A DNA stretch of 64,000 bases, from IMG/VR virus record IMGVR_UViG_3300024308_000004, positions 38,641-102,640 of that record, one strand, 5' to 3'. Of the stretch, positions 63,321-64,000 are shown piece by piece. Position numbers and translations under genes: made by a program. The DNA comes from a virus. Its lineage: Duplodnaviria; Heunggongvirae; Uroviricota; Caudoviricetes. The notes beneath the pieces were generated by a model, which was not told where the DNA came from, did not search any database, and saw only the letters and a program-made list of their open reading frames with translations. Numbering within the stretch: the stretch's first letter is position 1; each line of letters opens with the position of its first letter.

Positions 63321-63812
63321 GTAACCTATAGGGGTGGTGAAAAAATCACCCCTATTTGGTGTGCCGCATAGCCCCATGCCATCCCAAGCCAAATGAAAAC
63401 TTCTCCCTATAGCAAAAATCGTGCTATGTAAGATCACATACCCGGTTATAGCGGGAAAGCTCATGGGACGCTCAACCCGCTGCTTCCTCTGAGTCTACAG
63501 CTACACAGCTACATTCATACAAAAGGTGAGCTATCCCGACGCTTGGGCCGAGTTGGGCTGATTTTTGGGCTGATTCGCCCATAGGGAAAAATTTGCCATA
63601 GGCGAAAATTGCTATAAATACGAGGCCAGCTTCTGTATTAGGGTCCCGAGGGATGGTCGCACCCCACGGTATAAGGTACGGGATGGGATGGGCCGATCCT
63701 TGGCATGGTATGGGATGGCGCAATACGGGAAACGTACCAGCCCGACAAAAAGCGCTTGCACCCATATGCGCGTGTGACACTATATAAGTACATTCACAGC
63801 GAGATGCGACAC
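63321..63812. other. 492-nt noncoding region with iteron-like repeats
   Basis: GCCATAGG(G/C)GAAAAWTT x2, (T)ATGGGATGG x3, CACGGTATAAGG, hairpin GGGGTG-gtgaaaaaat-CACCCC. Shares the ATAGGGGTG and GGCATGG motifs with 60033-60746. Confidence 0.45.
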
Positions 63813-64000
63813 ATGTTCAAGTTCAATATTGGTAGCGACAACTGGGAACAGTGCTTTGACGTTGACGTTGTAGACGCAGATGGCAACATCGTGCTCAACG
63901 TGGTAATCGACTACACGACTCTTAGTGGGGATTGTCAGATTACGTTGGCAAACTTCGATGATACGAAAGTCAGCTTTACCAACGCACATGCTTTCTACGC
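63813..64000 (+). CDS. Hypothetical protein, 3' partial at window end
   Basis: ATG at 63813 after a long untranslated region. ORF runs off the window. Confidence 0.4.
   Translation, partial: MFKFNIGSDNWEQCFDVDVVDADGNIVLNVVIDYTTLSGDCQITLANFDDTKVSFTNAHAFY

Overview
This window reads as a segment of a large virulent dsDNA phage genome. Nearly all credible genes are on the + strand, many with TAATG/ATGA start-stop overlaps. The GC content is moderate (eyeballed as mid-50s percent; no count was done).

**Replication and recombination (0-20 kb).** DnaB/gp41-like helicase (5' partial), DnaG-like primase, ATP-dependent DNA ligase, guanylate kinase, a CobT-like vWA plus CobS/MoxR-like AAA+ pair, an ECF-sigma-like protein, a DnaE-type polymerase alpha carrying a C-terminal degenerate UDG-fold domain, a gp32-like SSB, a FEN/RNase H, a RecA/UvsX-like recombinase, SbcD/SbcC (gp47/gp46-like) and a lysine-rich histone-H1-like protein.

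**Translation-related island (23-31.2 kb).** At least 12 tRNA genes are readable by eye: Lys, His, Tyr, Asn, Gln, Trp, Thr, Ile, Pro, Leu, a second Thr-like copy and Ser. Alongside them sit a type IVa prepilin-like gene, an RlmN/Cfr-family radical-SAM methyltransferase, and what appears to be a circularly permuted (two-piece) tmRNA gene with a G3:U70/A73 acceptor and an ANDDMFVVALAA tag.

**Nucleotide metabolism and misc. (31-51 kb).** SPFH/band-7 lipoprotein, metallophosphoesterase, RtcB RNA ligase, a HAD-family 5'(3')-deoxyribonucleotidase, a low-GC HNH endonuclease plus RuvC-like resolvase cassette, class I RNR NrdA and an NrdB fused to two C-terminal glutaredoxin domains, dUTPase, ThyA, dCMP deaminase and a DnaQ-like 3'-5' exonuclease.

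**Small-gene region (51-64 kb).** Many small hypothetical genes, each with its own promoter-like motif and strong rho-independent terminator. Two repeat-rich noncoding stretches (60033-60746 and 63321-63812) and a duplicated ~60-nt intergenic element built around the palindrome AGACTAGTCT also sit here.

**Most notable.** The tRNA island, permuted tmRNA, RlmN-like enzyme and RtcB together form a translation-maintenance toolkit. The DnaE-UDG-like fusion and the NrdB-Grx-Grx fusion are the other standout features.

All calls are from reading the sequence and motif memory; no searches were run.
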